The notes under the pieces: generated by a model
Seen by the model: only the letters and a program-made list of their open reading frames with translations
Database searches by the model: none
Told to the model about the DNA's origin: nothing
Assembly: GCA_029262515.1 (NCBI GenBank)
Contig: JAJCZH010000018.1
Location: forward strand, 13,219 to 77,218
Length of the DNA: 64,000 nucleotides
Source: Deltaproteobacteria bacterium
GTDB lineage: Bacteria; Desulfobacterota; GWC2-55-46; JADFVP01
Reading direction: 5' to 3'
Translations under genes and position numbers: made by a program
Shown here: piece by piece, positions 29,599-38,593 of the stretch
Position numbering within the stretch: position 1 is the stretch's first letter
How the letters are laid out: each line of letters opens with the position of its first letter

Positions 29599-31404
29599 TT
29601 AGAACGGCAGCTTGAAGGGCAGGGGCGAAGCGGGTTTGCCCGGTGTAGAAGATGAAGGCTGCTTTAGCAGTTCGTTTCCGAAACCGAGCTGCCCGGAGAG
29701 CAGGCCGCTTATGTCCTGAAGCGGCCCGAGCGAAGTATCGAGCCCCTTTAGCGGCCCGGCAGTCTTGGCCTCTATCTCTTTTCGAAGTTCGTTCTCGAAG
29801 GTCGCAACCTGCGCTTTCATCTGGTTCTCTACGATACCCTTTAGAAGAGAGTCGAGCCCGGAGGTTATCTTTACGGCATATTTCTCTCTGGTACCGCTAA
29901 CCTCTATACCTATTTTCAATTCGTTTATTGAAGAGAGCGCAGAGCTTAGGCCTTTCCCAAGCGCGTTTTTCTCCTTGCCTGTTTCCGGTGTTTTACCTCT
30001 GTCGAGTTTCAGTTCCTTTAGCGAGATATCCGCATTCGCCTTAATGACCTCTCCACTCATATTCGCTTTCATTTTTAGTTGAGCCACTGCCGAGTTGATT
30101 GAAATTGGAAACTCCTCGGATTCCGAGAGGCTGATGGACTCTATTTTCGCACCTTTTATAGAGGCCGTTACGGTATCTATCGGCGCTGTCGGGGCCGTTC
30201 TGTCTATCGTACCGTCTATCTTGATCTTGTCGGCCCAGTCTACCTCAGTCGCGTCCACGCTTAGCCTCATTGGTCTGCCGTGGATCTCGGCGTCCGGGGT
30301 AATGTCGGTGACTTTGCCCGCGAATTCGCCTTGCGCCGTTAAGACCGAGAAGTTGAGCGTGCGGATAAGGATGTCGGGAGTCGGCGTTTTATCTTTAAAG
30401 CGAACCGTTACGCCTCGTTTTCTCGGATGCCTTATAACCTCTGCATTCCCTCTGCGCTCTTTAACACGCTCTATGACAGGTGCCAGGCGTTTATTCCATT
30501 TCAGCGCGGTTTCTATGTAGGTTCCTGCTTTCTGCCCCAGCAGAGCGGAGCCTAAATTTGAGAGAGAATCGGGAGAGAGGGTGTACTTTTTCATTATTCT
30601 TTTAAGGTCCTGCTCAGGGGCTTTTGCTGCGGCACTAATCCGGCTCTTAAAACCCGAGGTTATCGAGTCGATCTCTTTTTGCGCGCTCTTTATCTTGTCC
30701 AGATCATTCTGGATATCTTTTTGAAGCTCAGCAAAACCGGCCGCTCCTCCCAAAAGCGCCTCTAAACCGCCACCTCCCTGAGTCGCCTTCAGCTTATCAA
30801 AGCGCTCTTTGTATTCGTCGAACTCTTTTTTGCCAGGCAGCTCCTTGAACTTTTCCTGCCACTTTGTTTCAGCGCTATTGAGGTCGGCCTTCAGCTTTTC
30901 TACCAAAGCGAGAGAAGGGAGGTCGGCCCCTTTTAATATCTCCTTCGGGTCCGGCAGCTTGAAGAGGTCGGTTGGGAGTTTACCTGCTTTTTTTTCTGAG
31001 CCGCTCGTTTTGCCGGTTGCAGCCGTTTTGCGAATTGCGCCGGATCGACTTCTGGTCGTATTGAAGCGTACCCCCGTCACCTCCATCTCTTCAACAAGAA
31101 CCTTCCTACCGAGCAGCCTGGCCCCGTCGATGCTGAAGGATATCCGCTCGATCTCTACGCTATTTTGCATAGGAGACTCGGGGTTCGTTACCTGCAGACC
31201 AGTAAGGGTAAGGCCCATCGGAAAGAGGCTGAGATCGGCACTCTTGAGTTCCACCTTCGCTCCTACGGCGTCTGTTCCGTTCCTCTCGATCTCTCTTTTG
31301 ACTACGCAATCGATAACCAGGAGCCAGAACACGGAGATCACTAGAATGATAATAACGAAGGCGATGAGGCCTTTTAAACGGATGGGGCTTTTTCTCTCTT
31401 TCAT
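29599..31404 (-). CDS. TIGR03545-like AsmA-related protein
   Basis: N-terminal TM, VGAKVE..LQVTNP.SPMQN, F.T.R.RSGA; paired with the TIGR03546-like gene. Confidence 0.75.
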   Translation of the reverse strand: MKERKSPIRLKGLIAFVIIILVISVFWLLVIDCVVKREIERNGTDAVGAKVELKSADLSLFPMGLTLTGLQVTNPESPMQNSVEIERISFSIDGARLLGRKVLVEEMEVTGVRFNTTRSRSGAIRKTAATGKTSGSEKKAGKLPTDLFKLPDPKEILKGADLPSLALVEKLKADLNSAETKWQEKFKELPGKKEFDEYKERFDKLKATQGGGGLEALLGGAAGFAELQKDIQNDLDKIKSAQKEIDSITSGFKSRISAAAKAPEQDLKRIMKKYTLSPDSLSNLGSALLGQKAGTYIETALKWNKRLAPVIERVKERRGNAEVIRHPRKRGVTVRFKDKTPTPDILIRTLNFSVLTAQGEFAGKVTDITPDAEIHGRPMRLSVDATEVDWADKIKIDGTIDRTAPTAPIDTVTASIKGAKIESISLSESEEFPISINSAVAQLKMKANMSGEVIKANADISLKELKLDRGKTPETGKEKNALGKGLSSALSSINELKIGIEVSGTREKYAVKITSGLDSLLKGIVENQMKAQVATFENELRKEIEAKTAGPLKGLDTSLGPLQDISGLLSGQLGFGNELLKQPSSSTPGKPASPLPFKLPF

Positions 31405-31931
31405 CCTGCACCTCCGCCGGTACGAAGCGTGCCGAGGCCAGAATAGATACGGTACAGTTTAGAGGCCTTGAAGGCCGTCATCAAACGCGTGCGGTTAACT
31501 ACTGCGAGTATGTGCTCTCTATACTTTATTATTATTATTTTGAGCAACAGGGCCAGGGGCGCGAAGAGCAGGGCTGAAAAGAGTACGCTGCCGAGTATAA
31601 TCGAGTTGTTGAAGCCGGTCAAACGCCAGAAGGTAGAGTCGTAGAGCGAGATCCAGAGACCGGATAACGAGCCGCTGGTCAGGAGTGCGAGCCCGAAGTA
31701 GTGGAAGAGCGGGTCCAATAAGTAGGCGAGACCGGAACAGAGTATAAGGGAAAGTATAAAGGCGCTTATGTTTAACCTGAAGAGCAGCAGAATCAGCAGT
31801 ACGCCTAGATTGTGCAGAGTGTAAAACGGAGTGAGACCAGCGAGCATGCCGAGGCACAGAGCGATGCTGATGGCCCAGGGGTCGGCCTCCGAGTTGAGTA
31901 TGCGTAAAAATCTTGCGATCAGACGAAGCAT
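31401..31931 (-). CDS. TIGR03546-like membrane protein
   Basis: LNSEADPWAIS..GLTP, FRLN, LDPLFH..G, FNNSIILGS, YREH. Confidence 0.8.
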   Translation of the reverse strand: MLRLIARFLRILNSEADPWAISIALCLGMLAGLTPFYTLHNLGVLLILLLFRLNISAFILSLILCSGLAYLLDPLFHYFGLALLTSGSLSGLWISLYDSTFWRLTGFNNSIILGSVLFSALLFAPLALLLKIIIIKYREHILAVVNRTRLMTAFKASKLYRIYSGLGTLRTGGGAG

Positions 31932-32009
31932 AAGAAGGCTATTGGTAAAGTTGATCCGGCAAAGAGAATCTATTCAAGGGCATTTTGCCGGTTCAGCGCC
32001 CGCATCGGT

Positions 32010-32645
32010 TCAGGTTTTTGCGCCTATTCCCGGGTAAGGCCTCTTGAAGACTGCCCGCGCGCCGTACTTGACGTTTGTAAAGAGTGCGCCGGACTTGAAG
32101 GCCCCGAGAGTGAAGTAGACCTCTTTTGAGAAGACGGCAGTTGAGAAGTCGGCTTTTTGCAGGAAGTTGGCGTCGAAGAAGTGGGCCTGCTCCTCGAAGT
32201 GCGCACCCGTAAAGTTCGCCTCATCGTTGAAGGTTGCGTAGTCGAAGTGCGCCGTACTGTTGAATACGGTATTAGAGAAGTCGGAAACGCCGCAGAAGAT
32301 GGCCCTTTTAAAACTCACTTTCGAGCCGAACTCCATTGATGCGAAGTCTACTGCGCCTCTAAAGGTCGCCCCGGAGAAGTCTATGTGACAGAGCGGTGTA
32401 CTGCTTTGCAGGCCCGTGAAAGAGAAGTCGCCTTCGAAGATTGTGCCGGTGAGGTTGATGTCCTTCTCCTGCTCCAGGCTCTCTTTTATGTGCTCGAAGA
32501 CCAGTTTGTTGAATTCTTCAACGCTTATTCCCTGCTTCTCTCCGTGCGGTGCATGGAAAATGCAGTAGCGGTTGCCGTCCGATGCCTTTATTAGAGATCT
32601 GTTTTTGCTGCACCATTCGTACTTGTGGGCCATATCGCAGGGCAT
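32010..32645 (-). CDS. Pentapeptide-repeat protein
   Basis: YCIFH motif then repeated ADF..A.F units; start may be 32633. Confidence 0.8.
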   Translation of the reverse strand: MPCDMAHKYEWCSKNRSLIKASDGNRYCIFHAPHGEKQGISVEEFNKLVFEHIKESLEQEKDINLTGTIFEGDFSFTGLQSSTPLCHIDFSGATFRGAVDFASMEFGSKVSFKRAIFCGVSDFSNTVFNSTAHFDYATFNDEANFTGAHFEEQAHFFDANFLQKADFSTAVFSKEVYFTLGAFKSGALFTNVKYGARAVFKRPYPGIGAKT

Positions 32646-32764
32646 TTACGCGGTCTCCGTACTTAATCGAGTTAACTCTGTATTTCCTTATATGAGTATA
32701 GCAGAAAAAAAGCTATGTATAGTAAATGCCTGGTCTAAAAGTTTTGGCTTCTACTGTTTCAGGC

Positions 32765-34309
32765 TCAGCCCTTTGCCCGGTCTTCGTACCGGTCTATTAC
32801 GGCGGCGCCTACCGAGTCGCCCCAGACGTTTACAGTGGTGCGGCACCGGTCGAGGAACCAGTCTATTGAGAGAAGCATTGCTATGCCTTCTAGCGGAAGG
32901 CCGGTTGCGTTTAGAACTATTACCATAGTTACAAGGCCGGCTTCGGGTATTCCGGCGGCCCCGATAGCTGCAAGCGTTGCTGTAAGAAAGACGACCAGCA
33001 GCATTGTCGCGTCCATAGGTATGTTATAGGCCTGGGCAATGAAGATTACCGCCACGGCCTCGTAGAGCGCGGTGCCGTCCATGTTGATGGTAGCGCCTAT
33101 CGGCAGGACGAATGAGGCGGACCGGGCACTTATGCCGTTATTCTCTTCGACGCACTCCATGGTGGTCGGAAGGGTGGCCGAGCTGCTCGCCGTTGAAAAG
33201 GCGGTGAAGAGGGCCTGGGCCATGCCGGTGGCGTACCTGACAGGCCTCTTTGCGGTGAAGAGCAACAGGATGAGAGGAATGACGATCACCGAGTGTATGG
33301 CGAGTCCTCCGATTACGGTTGCTGCGTAGTAACCGAGCCTGCTCAGCTCGACCCATACGGCGCTGCCCCCGCCGGTTACCGCAAGCCGGTCTACGACGAG
33401 GCCGAAGACTCCGAATGGCAGAAGGTACATGACCCAGTGGATCATTCTCAGTATCGTCTCGTTCGCCCCTATGAAAAAATCGATAACCGGCTTCGCCTTC
33501 TCGCCGACTACGCTTAGGGCTGCTCCGAAGAAGAGGGTGAAGGCGATCACGCCGAGCACGTTCATCGATGCCATTGCCGCGAATATATTCTTCGGTACGG
33601 CACCACGCGCCGGTTCGTTCTCGTTTATGAAGACCTGTAAGATGGTATCTACAATGCCGGCATCCTCTTTGCCCTGCACCCTTGAAGCCACCTCGGTGCC
33701 GGTCTCCATGCCTGTTCCGGGCTCTACGACCTGTACGAGTATGATACCGATCAGCACTGCTATGGAGGTGGTGACAAAGTAGTAGATGAGGGTTCGAAGC
33801 CCTGTTTTACCGACGTGGCGGATATCCCCGAGAGAGACTATGCCGACTATGAGGCTTGAGATCACCAACGGGATAACGAGCAGGTTCAGGAGATTGAGAA
33901 AGAGTTTGCCGACAAAGCGGATCAGCCTGTGAAGCGTGTACCAGAGGGCGTGGCCGGAGTATGAGGTCTCAGCCGTGCTCTCCAGCTCTTTTAGTTCCGA
34001 TATCTTTAACGTGAGCCCGGCCCGCTCTTTTGATAAGCCTGTAAGTTCACTCTCTATAGCGTTGACGGTGTCGAGGGAGGTTTGGTCCCTCCGGGCCTCT
34101 TCGAGTGAGACTCTTAATATCTCGATCTCTTTGGTTATAGAGGCCGTAGCGTAGGCTGCCTGCCGGCGTTCGGCTGAGGCGCTGGTGAGAGCGGCCTTGG
34201 TCTCTATTCCCGAATGCATCTTCCCGCCCCAGTACCAGCCGGTAAACCAGCCGGTCAAAAGCGCCGCGATAAGGCCGAGCAGTATTATTTTTCGATGTTT
34301 CGGGTTCAT
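32765..34309 (-). CDS. Dicarboxylate/amino acid:cation symporter (DAACS, GltP-like)
   Basis: AFSTASSSATLP, GATINMDGTALYE, IGAAGIP, DRCRTTVNVWGD. Confidence 0.93.
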   Translation of the reverse strand: MNPKHRKIILLGLIAALLTGWFTGWYWGGKMHSGIETKAALTSASAERRQAAYATASITKEIEILRVSLEEARRDQTSLDTVNAIESELTGLSKERAGLTLKISELKELESTAETSYSGHALWYTLHRLIRFVGKLFLNLLNLLVIPLVISSLIVGIVSLGDIRHVGKTGLRTLIYYFVTTSIAVLIGIILVQVVEPGTGMETGTEVASRVQGKEDAGIVDTILQVFINENEPARGAVPKNIFAAMASMNVLGVIAFTLFFGAALSVVGEKAKPVIDFFIGANETILRMIHWVMYLLPFGVFGLVVDRLAVTGGGSAVWVELSRLGYYAATVIGGLAIHSVIVIPLILLLFTAKRPVRYATGMAQALFTAFSTASSSATLPTTMECVEENNGISARSASFVLPIGATINMDGTALYEAVAVIFIAQAYNIPMDATMLLVVFLTATLAAIGAAGIPEAGLVTMVIVLNATGLPLEGIAMLLSIDWFLDRCRTTVNVWGDSVGAAVIDRYEDRAKG

Positions 34310-34535
34310 GGTTCCGTTTTCGTCCCTTTTCTTGATTACACATAAGTAGGTGCCGAGTACCGTGTCGAGTTTTTATAATAATATACGGCGGCGTCCAAGT
34401 ATATCGAAAAAAGCAAAGAGCACGGGCGAAGAATTCTTTAAAAGCGTGGTATCGAGTCCTGTTTTGTGGTATAGGTATTGGCCTTGTGAGCCAAACAGAT
34501 AAAGCGTGACGAAAAACCTTAAGAGGAGTTGTGCG

Positions 34536-34793
34536 ATGAGCTGTATAGAGATAACGATTACATGCCCTGTATGCGAGACAGACTTTCAGAAGAAAGCGAG
34601 CGAGATGCCGGACGGCACTACTATAGAGTGCCCCAAGTGCGGCGAGAAGACAAAGATACAGGGTAATATGTTTACGGATATGGATAAGAGCGTTGAGAAC
34701 GGCGGGCCCGGCGAAGAGGGTGGTCACGGCGGGCAGTGCGATCATGGAGATCACGGCGGTCACGGCGGTCACGGCGGTGGCTTCAATGCCTGA
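34536..34793 (+). CDS. Small zinc-ribbon protein with Gly/His-rich tail
   Basis: GAGGAG RBS; CPVC...CPKC; tail GGHGGQCDHGDHGGHGGHGGG. Confidence 0.75.
   Translation: MSCIEITITCPVCETDFQKKASEMPDGTTIECPKCGEKTKIQGNMFTDMDKSVENGGPGEEGGHGGQCDHGDHGGHGGHGGGFNA
34752..34778 (+). repeat. 9-bp tandem repeat x3 (cacggcggt) encoding HGG
   Basis: Direct reading. Confidence 0.9.
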
Positions 34794-34905
34794 GTTGCAC
34801 GCTTACGTTATCCTGCACATGGTTACAGACGACAACTAACTCGCTTGCGGTTTTGTGGCCGTGCAGGAGTAGATACGGAGTTGCTCTTTTATAGTCCCAA
34901 TTTCA

Positions 34906-34947
34906 GAGGGCCGGGGGCCGGAATTTTTTCCGGCTCTCTTCTTTTTT
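34906..34947 (+). terminator. Intrinsic terminator
   Basis: gggggccggaa/ttccggctctc stem plus T-run. Confidence 0.65.
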
Positions 34948-34978
34948 GTATCGATACGGTCGGGCGATACGGGGGGCT

Positions 34979-36103
34979 CTAGTGGCCGTTCATCTGCTCG
35001 TTCAGTATCTGGTTGGCCTCTATCGTCTGCTCAACCCGTTTGATCGATTCTGTTATAAGCCTGTTATCGGGACTGAGCATGTCGGCCTTCCGGTATAGCG
35101 CTGCCGCCTCTTCGAACCTTCCGTAAAACTCGTCGCAGACACCGAGGTTGTAGGTTAAAGAGGGGTTGTCGGGGGCAAGCCTGTCGGCCTCTTTCCACTC
35201 ATTACAGCCCTTGAGCAGCCACAGGTTCTTCGCAAACCCGATTCCTTTTTTCAATCTCTCTTTTGCCTCGCCCGACCCTATCCCCTCGTCAGAGTCCATA
35301 AGCGTGATATTTTCCGTTACGTAGTGCGGAGCTATCTCTTGCCTGAGTCTCTTCTGAGCTTTCTCAAGCGCCTTCTTTCTGGCTCTTTTCAGCAGATGCT
35401 CTTCAGTCCACTCTTGGCACTGCAGGTAACCGTTCCGGCTACCGGTGCCGAAGATTATTTTAAGCTGTCGGCTGAACTCTCTATTTTCTCTTTTGTCATG
35501 CGGCGCGTCGTTGCAAACGGACGACTCCTGCGTATCACCGGAGTGGAGCCTGTAGACGGTTTGTCCGCTCTCCTTCTCTCTCAGTGTAAGCTCAAAGGCG
35601 TATGTGGCGGCACTGTCGAAGCAGTCTACGTTGAAGTATTTCCACTTAAGGCAGTCCGAGTCGTTTGGAGTCGAGTATCGCGAGTACTCTTTGTCTTTGT
35701 ACTCAACGCAGTGCTTTCTCTCCTCTTCGTAATGCCTGACATGGCAACGCCTATCGGTTACGTCTCCGCTCATAATGCCGTAGCCGCCGAGGGTTCCGGG
35801 AAGCCCGGCTCGTTCACCTCCACCGTTGCTATCCGGATACCCTAATAGCCCGCCGGCATTTATCGAGAAGAAGGGCCTGTCGTCAACCTTGATATTTCTT
35901 AGTATCGTGGTTATGTCTCTTTGAAGCCGGTATGAGTTCGGGCCGGTAAAGGGGGCTATGGTAATGTAGGTCAGTTTTGCGGCGTCGTTATGGGCTGCGG
36001 GTTTTAATCTCGCCACGCGGATGCTCGGGGCGCAGGAGACGGTCAGGAATGCAATAAGCGCAAGCATTGCAGTTAGTATGGTTGTCTGCATATAACCGTT
36101 CAT
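34979..36103 (-). CDS. Putative lipoprotein with C-terminal TPR
   Basis: Lipobox-like TVSC; TPR pattern LTYNLGVC..G.FEEAAALYRKA. Confidence 0.7.
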   Translation of the reverse strand: MNGYMQTTILTAMLALIAFLTVSCAPSIRVARLKPAAHNDAAKLTYITIAPFTGPNSYRLQRDITTILRNIKVDDRPFFSINAGGLLGYPDSNGGGERAGLPGTLGGYGIMSGDVTDRRCHVRHYEEERKHCVEYKDKEYSRYSTPNDSDCLKWKYFNVDCFDSAATYAFELTLREKESGQTVYRLHSGDTQESSVCNDAPHDKRENREFSRQLKIIFGTGSRNGYLQCQEWTEEHLLKRARKKALEKAQKRLRQEIAPHYVTENITLMDSDEGIGSGEAKERLKKGIGFAKNLWLLKGCNEWKEADRLAPDNPSLTYNLGVCDEFYGRFEEAAALYRKADMLSPDNRLITESIKRVEQTIEANQILNEQMNGH

Positions 36104-36269
36104 TTTTTCAATGCCTGTTATCAGAGGGGAGCTCTCGCTTTTGTAGTTACTTTTATTTAGGGTATGTTTAATGTGGAAATGTTTTCTTTGTTAGTAGCTC
36201 AAGAGAGAGTATGCGGAGGGTGTGCGTGTTATTTATGTACCGGTACTTTTATGACCTTAACGGAGCCGT

Positions 36270-36920
36270 TTATTTCCCGCCGCCACCGAGCGACCTTTCG
36301 CCGTACATCTCGGCCATACTGGTAAAGGCATCTGGGACCTGCTCAAGCAGCGTGATGAGCTGGCCTACCTGGTAGGCATTCAGATGGAGGGTCAGCCGTC
36401 TCTTCTTGGTGTGGTCCTTGATCTTTATACGCAGGGTATTCTCCCTGCCCTCTTGCCCCGGAACCAGATCTATGTCGAAGCTTATAAATATCCTGCTGAG
36501 GTATCTGGTTTCACGCACCTGTTCCGTTGTCGCGGTCACCAGCCAGGCCTGCGATTTTTTGAGCAGGTTGAGAAACTTCTCTCGTTCGTACCGGTTCTCT
36601 GTGTTTGCCCTTCCGGGCTGACCTAGCTCGAAGAGCAGGCCTCTCGTTTCGTAGTCGCCTTTGCCGCCGACTACATAGGTAATGTCGTCTATGAACGTTT
36701 TATCGTAAACCGCGAAGACCCGTATCGGCTCTTCAGTCCACTTGAAGGAGTCCTTGTGGTAGAGGTTACCCGTGGCCTCACCCTCCATCTGCAGTACCTC
36801 GGAGATAGCCGGGGGGGCGAGCAGCAGTAATAGCGCCAGAATATAGACCGGTATTAGCATGGCGCGATATCTGGTAAAGACTATTTTTGGCAGGTTTTTC
36901 ACGGTAGTAAACACCCTCAT
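36270..36920 (-). CDS. Hypothetical exported protein
   Basis: 216-aa ORF with signal-peptide-like hydrophobic segment. Confidence 0.6.
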   Translation of the reverse strand: MRVFTTVKNLPKIVFTRYRAMLIPVYILALLLLLAPPAISEVLQMEGEATGNLYHKDSFKWTEEPIRVFAVYDKTFIDDITYVVGGKGDYETRGLLFELGQPGRANTENRYEREKFLNLLKKSQAWLVTATTEQVRETRYLSRIFISFDIDLVPGQEGRENTLRIKIKDHTKKRRLTLHLNAYQVGQLITLLEQVPDAFTSMAEMYGERSLGGGGK

Positions 36921-37051
36921 GTTTGTAGTTAGACGGTTGATTTCAAAGTGTTATTATACCAGAATGCAAGAATATAAGCAATATGCCGTTTTTTTTGAAT
37001 CGAACGTTAAGGTATCTGGTATAAAGTGTAAGGCGTTACAAGAAACGTCTT

Positions 37052-38110
37052 TTAAAACCAGGCCAGGAATTGTTCTGCCGGCAGTTTTCGTTCAAATAGT
37101 TCGCTTACGTGGCGTGAGAGTTTGAGCGTGGCCGGGGTAATGGGCAGCCCCTGTTGGTGGCGGCTTCTCAAAAGGTCTACGACCCCTGTGAGGCTTTCGA
37201 GTACCCATGAGACCGGTTCGGAGCGGATGAGCCCGCGTGAAATGCGCCTCGCGGTATCGATCCGTCTCTCGGTCTTGTCGAGGGCATCCTCTATGCCGAT
37301 ATTTCTCATGATAATAAAGTTCTTCTTCGAGTTCTTCAGGTCGTATTCGTAATCGAGCACGTCGTCGATCAGCTGGCCTGCTTCGCCTGTGTTGCGCCCT
37401 ATCTCGGCGCACATCTCTCTGGTCTCCCTGTCGGCAAGCGAGGCGGGAAAAAGGACCGAGACAACGGAGTCGCCGCAGGACTTGCGGTAGAGGTAGTCGT
37501 TGGCATCCGTGGTGTTCTCGCTTTTTATGAGTGTGGCGAGCACGAGGCCGAGCCGTACTCTAATCTCTTTTAACTCTTCTTCTGTTATTGCGCCGGAGTT
37601 GAGCTCCTCTTCGAGGGCGAGGTCCATAAGGTCTCTGTATGCGTGCGAGACGTAGAAGAGCTTTTCGCCATACACTTCGTACGATCCTTCTTTGTCGAGG
37701 TAGTCGTCTGCGCTGGCTACCATTGTCGAGAAGAATGAGGCAGGAACGTGCAGGTCGGCTCTGACCTTTAACGGGGTTGAGAGCGCTGCGATAGAGATTT
37801 CGCAGAGCCTTCCCTTGGCAGTGTCGAGGTCGAACCTGTACCCGAGCGCCGCAGTACGTGTGAAGGCGCGCGTGAATATACGCTCCTTAGACCCTGTTGT
37901 CGGCCCGTAGAGTTCCACCTCCGTTCGCTTCAAGTGAGACTCTATAAGGTCCTTCTCTTTTAGGTACTCTGGTATGCGGCGCTTCGTGTTGGCCGAAGAG
38001 GTTCCGGCAATGGTACTTGCAGAGTCTGTCGAGCAGAGGTATTCTGCTATTAAACACTCCTTTTTCAATTCTGAGCTTTTGCGGATACTCTCTATAGAGT
38101 GCGGCAGCAT
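37052..38110 (-). CDS. Class I isoprenoid synthase superfamily protein
   Basis: Two Asp-rich motifs ADDYLD and GQLIDDVLD, YRKS (KT-like), D..N.KKN; GGGAG RBS before ATG 38110. Confidence 0.7.
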   Translation of the reverse strand: MLPHSIESIRKSSELKKECLIAEYLCSTDSASTIAGTSSANTKRRIPEYLKEKDLIESHLKRTEVELYGPTTGSKERIFTRAFTRTAALGYRFDLDTAKGRLCEISIAALSTPLKVRADLHVPASFFSTMVASADDYLDKEGSYEVYGEKLFYVSHAYRDLMDLALEEELNSGAITEEELKEIRVRLGLVLATLIKSENTTDANDYLYRKSCGDSVVSVLFPASLADRETREMCAEIGRNTGEAGQLIDDVLDYEYDLKNSKKNFIIMRNIGIEDALDKTERRIDTARRISRGLIRSEPVSWVLESLTGVVDLLRSRHQQGLPITPATLKLSRHVSELFERKLPAEQFLAWF

Positions 38111-38307
38111 TCTCAACTCCCTCTTGTGCTCTTTAAAGTGTCTGTCGGTTAGCTCTTGCCGGCAAGGTATTATATTGCGCCGGTTATAACTCCGGAACCG
38201 GTTATATTTTTTTGAGTATACCGGAACAGAGTAGTAAGATCAAACCCGAAGATTCATTTGTGCTGGTCATGGGGGGAGAGATGGCAATAGCGAAAGGCAG
38301 CGGAAAT

Positions 38308-38347
38308 ACCAAGAGGCATGTCCGTATATACGGACATGCCTCTTGGT
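38308..38347. terminator. Perfect 40-bp palindrome, probable terminator of the PEP-CTERM transcript
   Basis: accaagaggcatgtccgtat|atacggacatgcctcttggt. Confidence 0.65.
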
Positions 38348-38365
38348 TCGTGACGGGGTTTTTCT

Positions 38366-38539
38366 TTACTTGCGAAGATACCCTCTTATCTTCCAGGCGC
38401 CTGCTCCTGCCAACCCGCTACCTATAAGGAGAAGGGTGGATGGCTCAGGAACTGTTGCTGTTGGTACTGCCCATGCGCTGCTGCTGCTCAAAAGTATGAA
38501 AAAAAAGAGCAATGCGGCCGCGATTATGCCGTTATTCAA
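38366..38539 (-). CDS. Minimal PEP-CTERM micro-protein (57 aa; absent from ORF track)
   Basis: TTG start with GGAG; MNNGIIAAALLFFFILLSSSSAWA-VPTAT-VPEPSTLLLIGSGLAGAGAWKIRGYLRK. Confidence 0.8.
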   Translation of the reverse strand: MNNGIIAAALLFFFILLSSSSAWAVPTATVPEPSTLLLIGSGLAGAGAWKIRGYLRK

Positions 38540-38593
38540 TTACTTGATCTCCATTTTATAATTATAAAAAGATTATTGTCATTCTGCCGGTGG

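Noticed and set aside
34791..34870. TGA followed by a hairpin as possible selenocysteine recoding
   Set aside because: TGA is not in a Cys-equivalent context, and the downstream frame has no protein-like character and crosses a terminator
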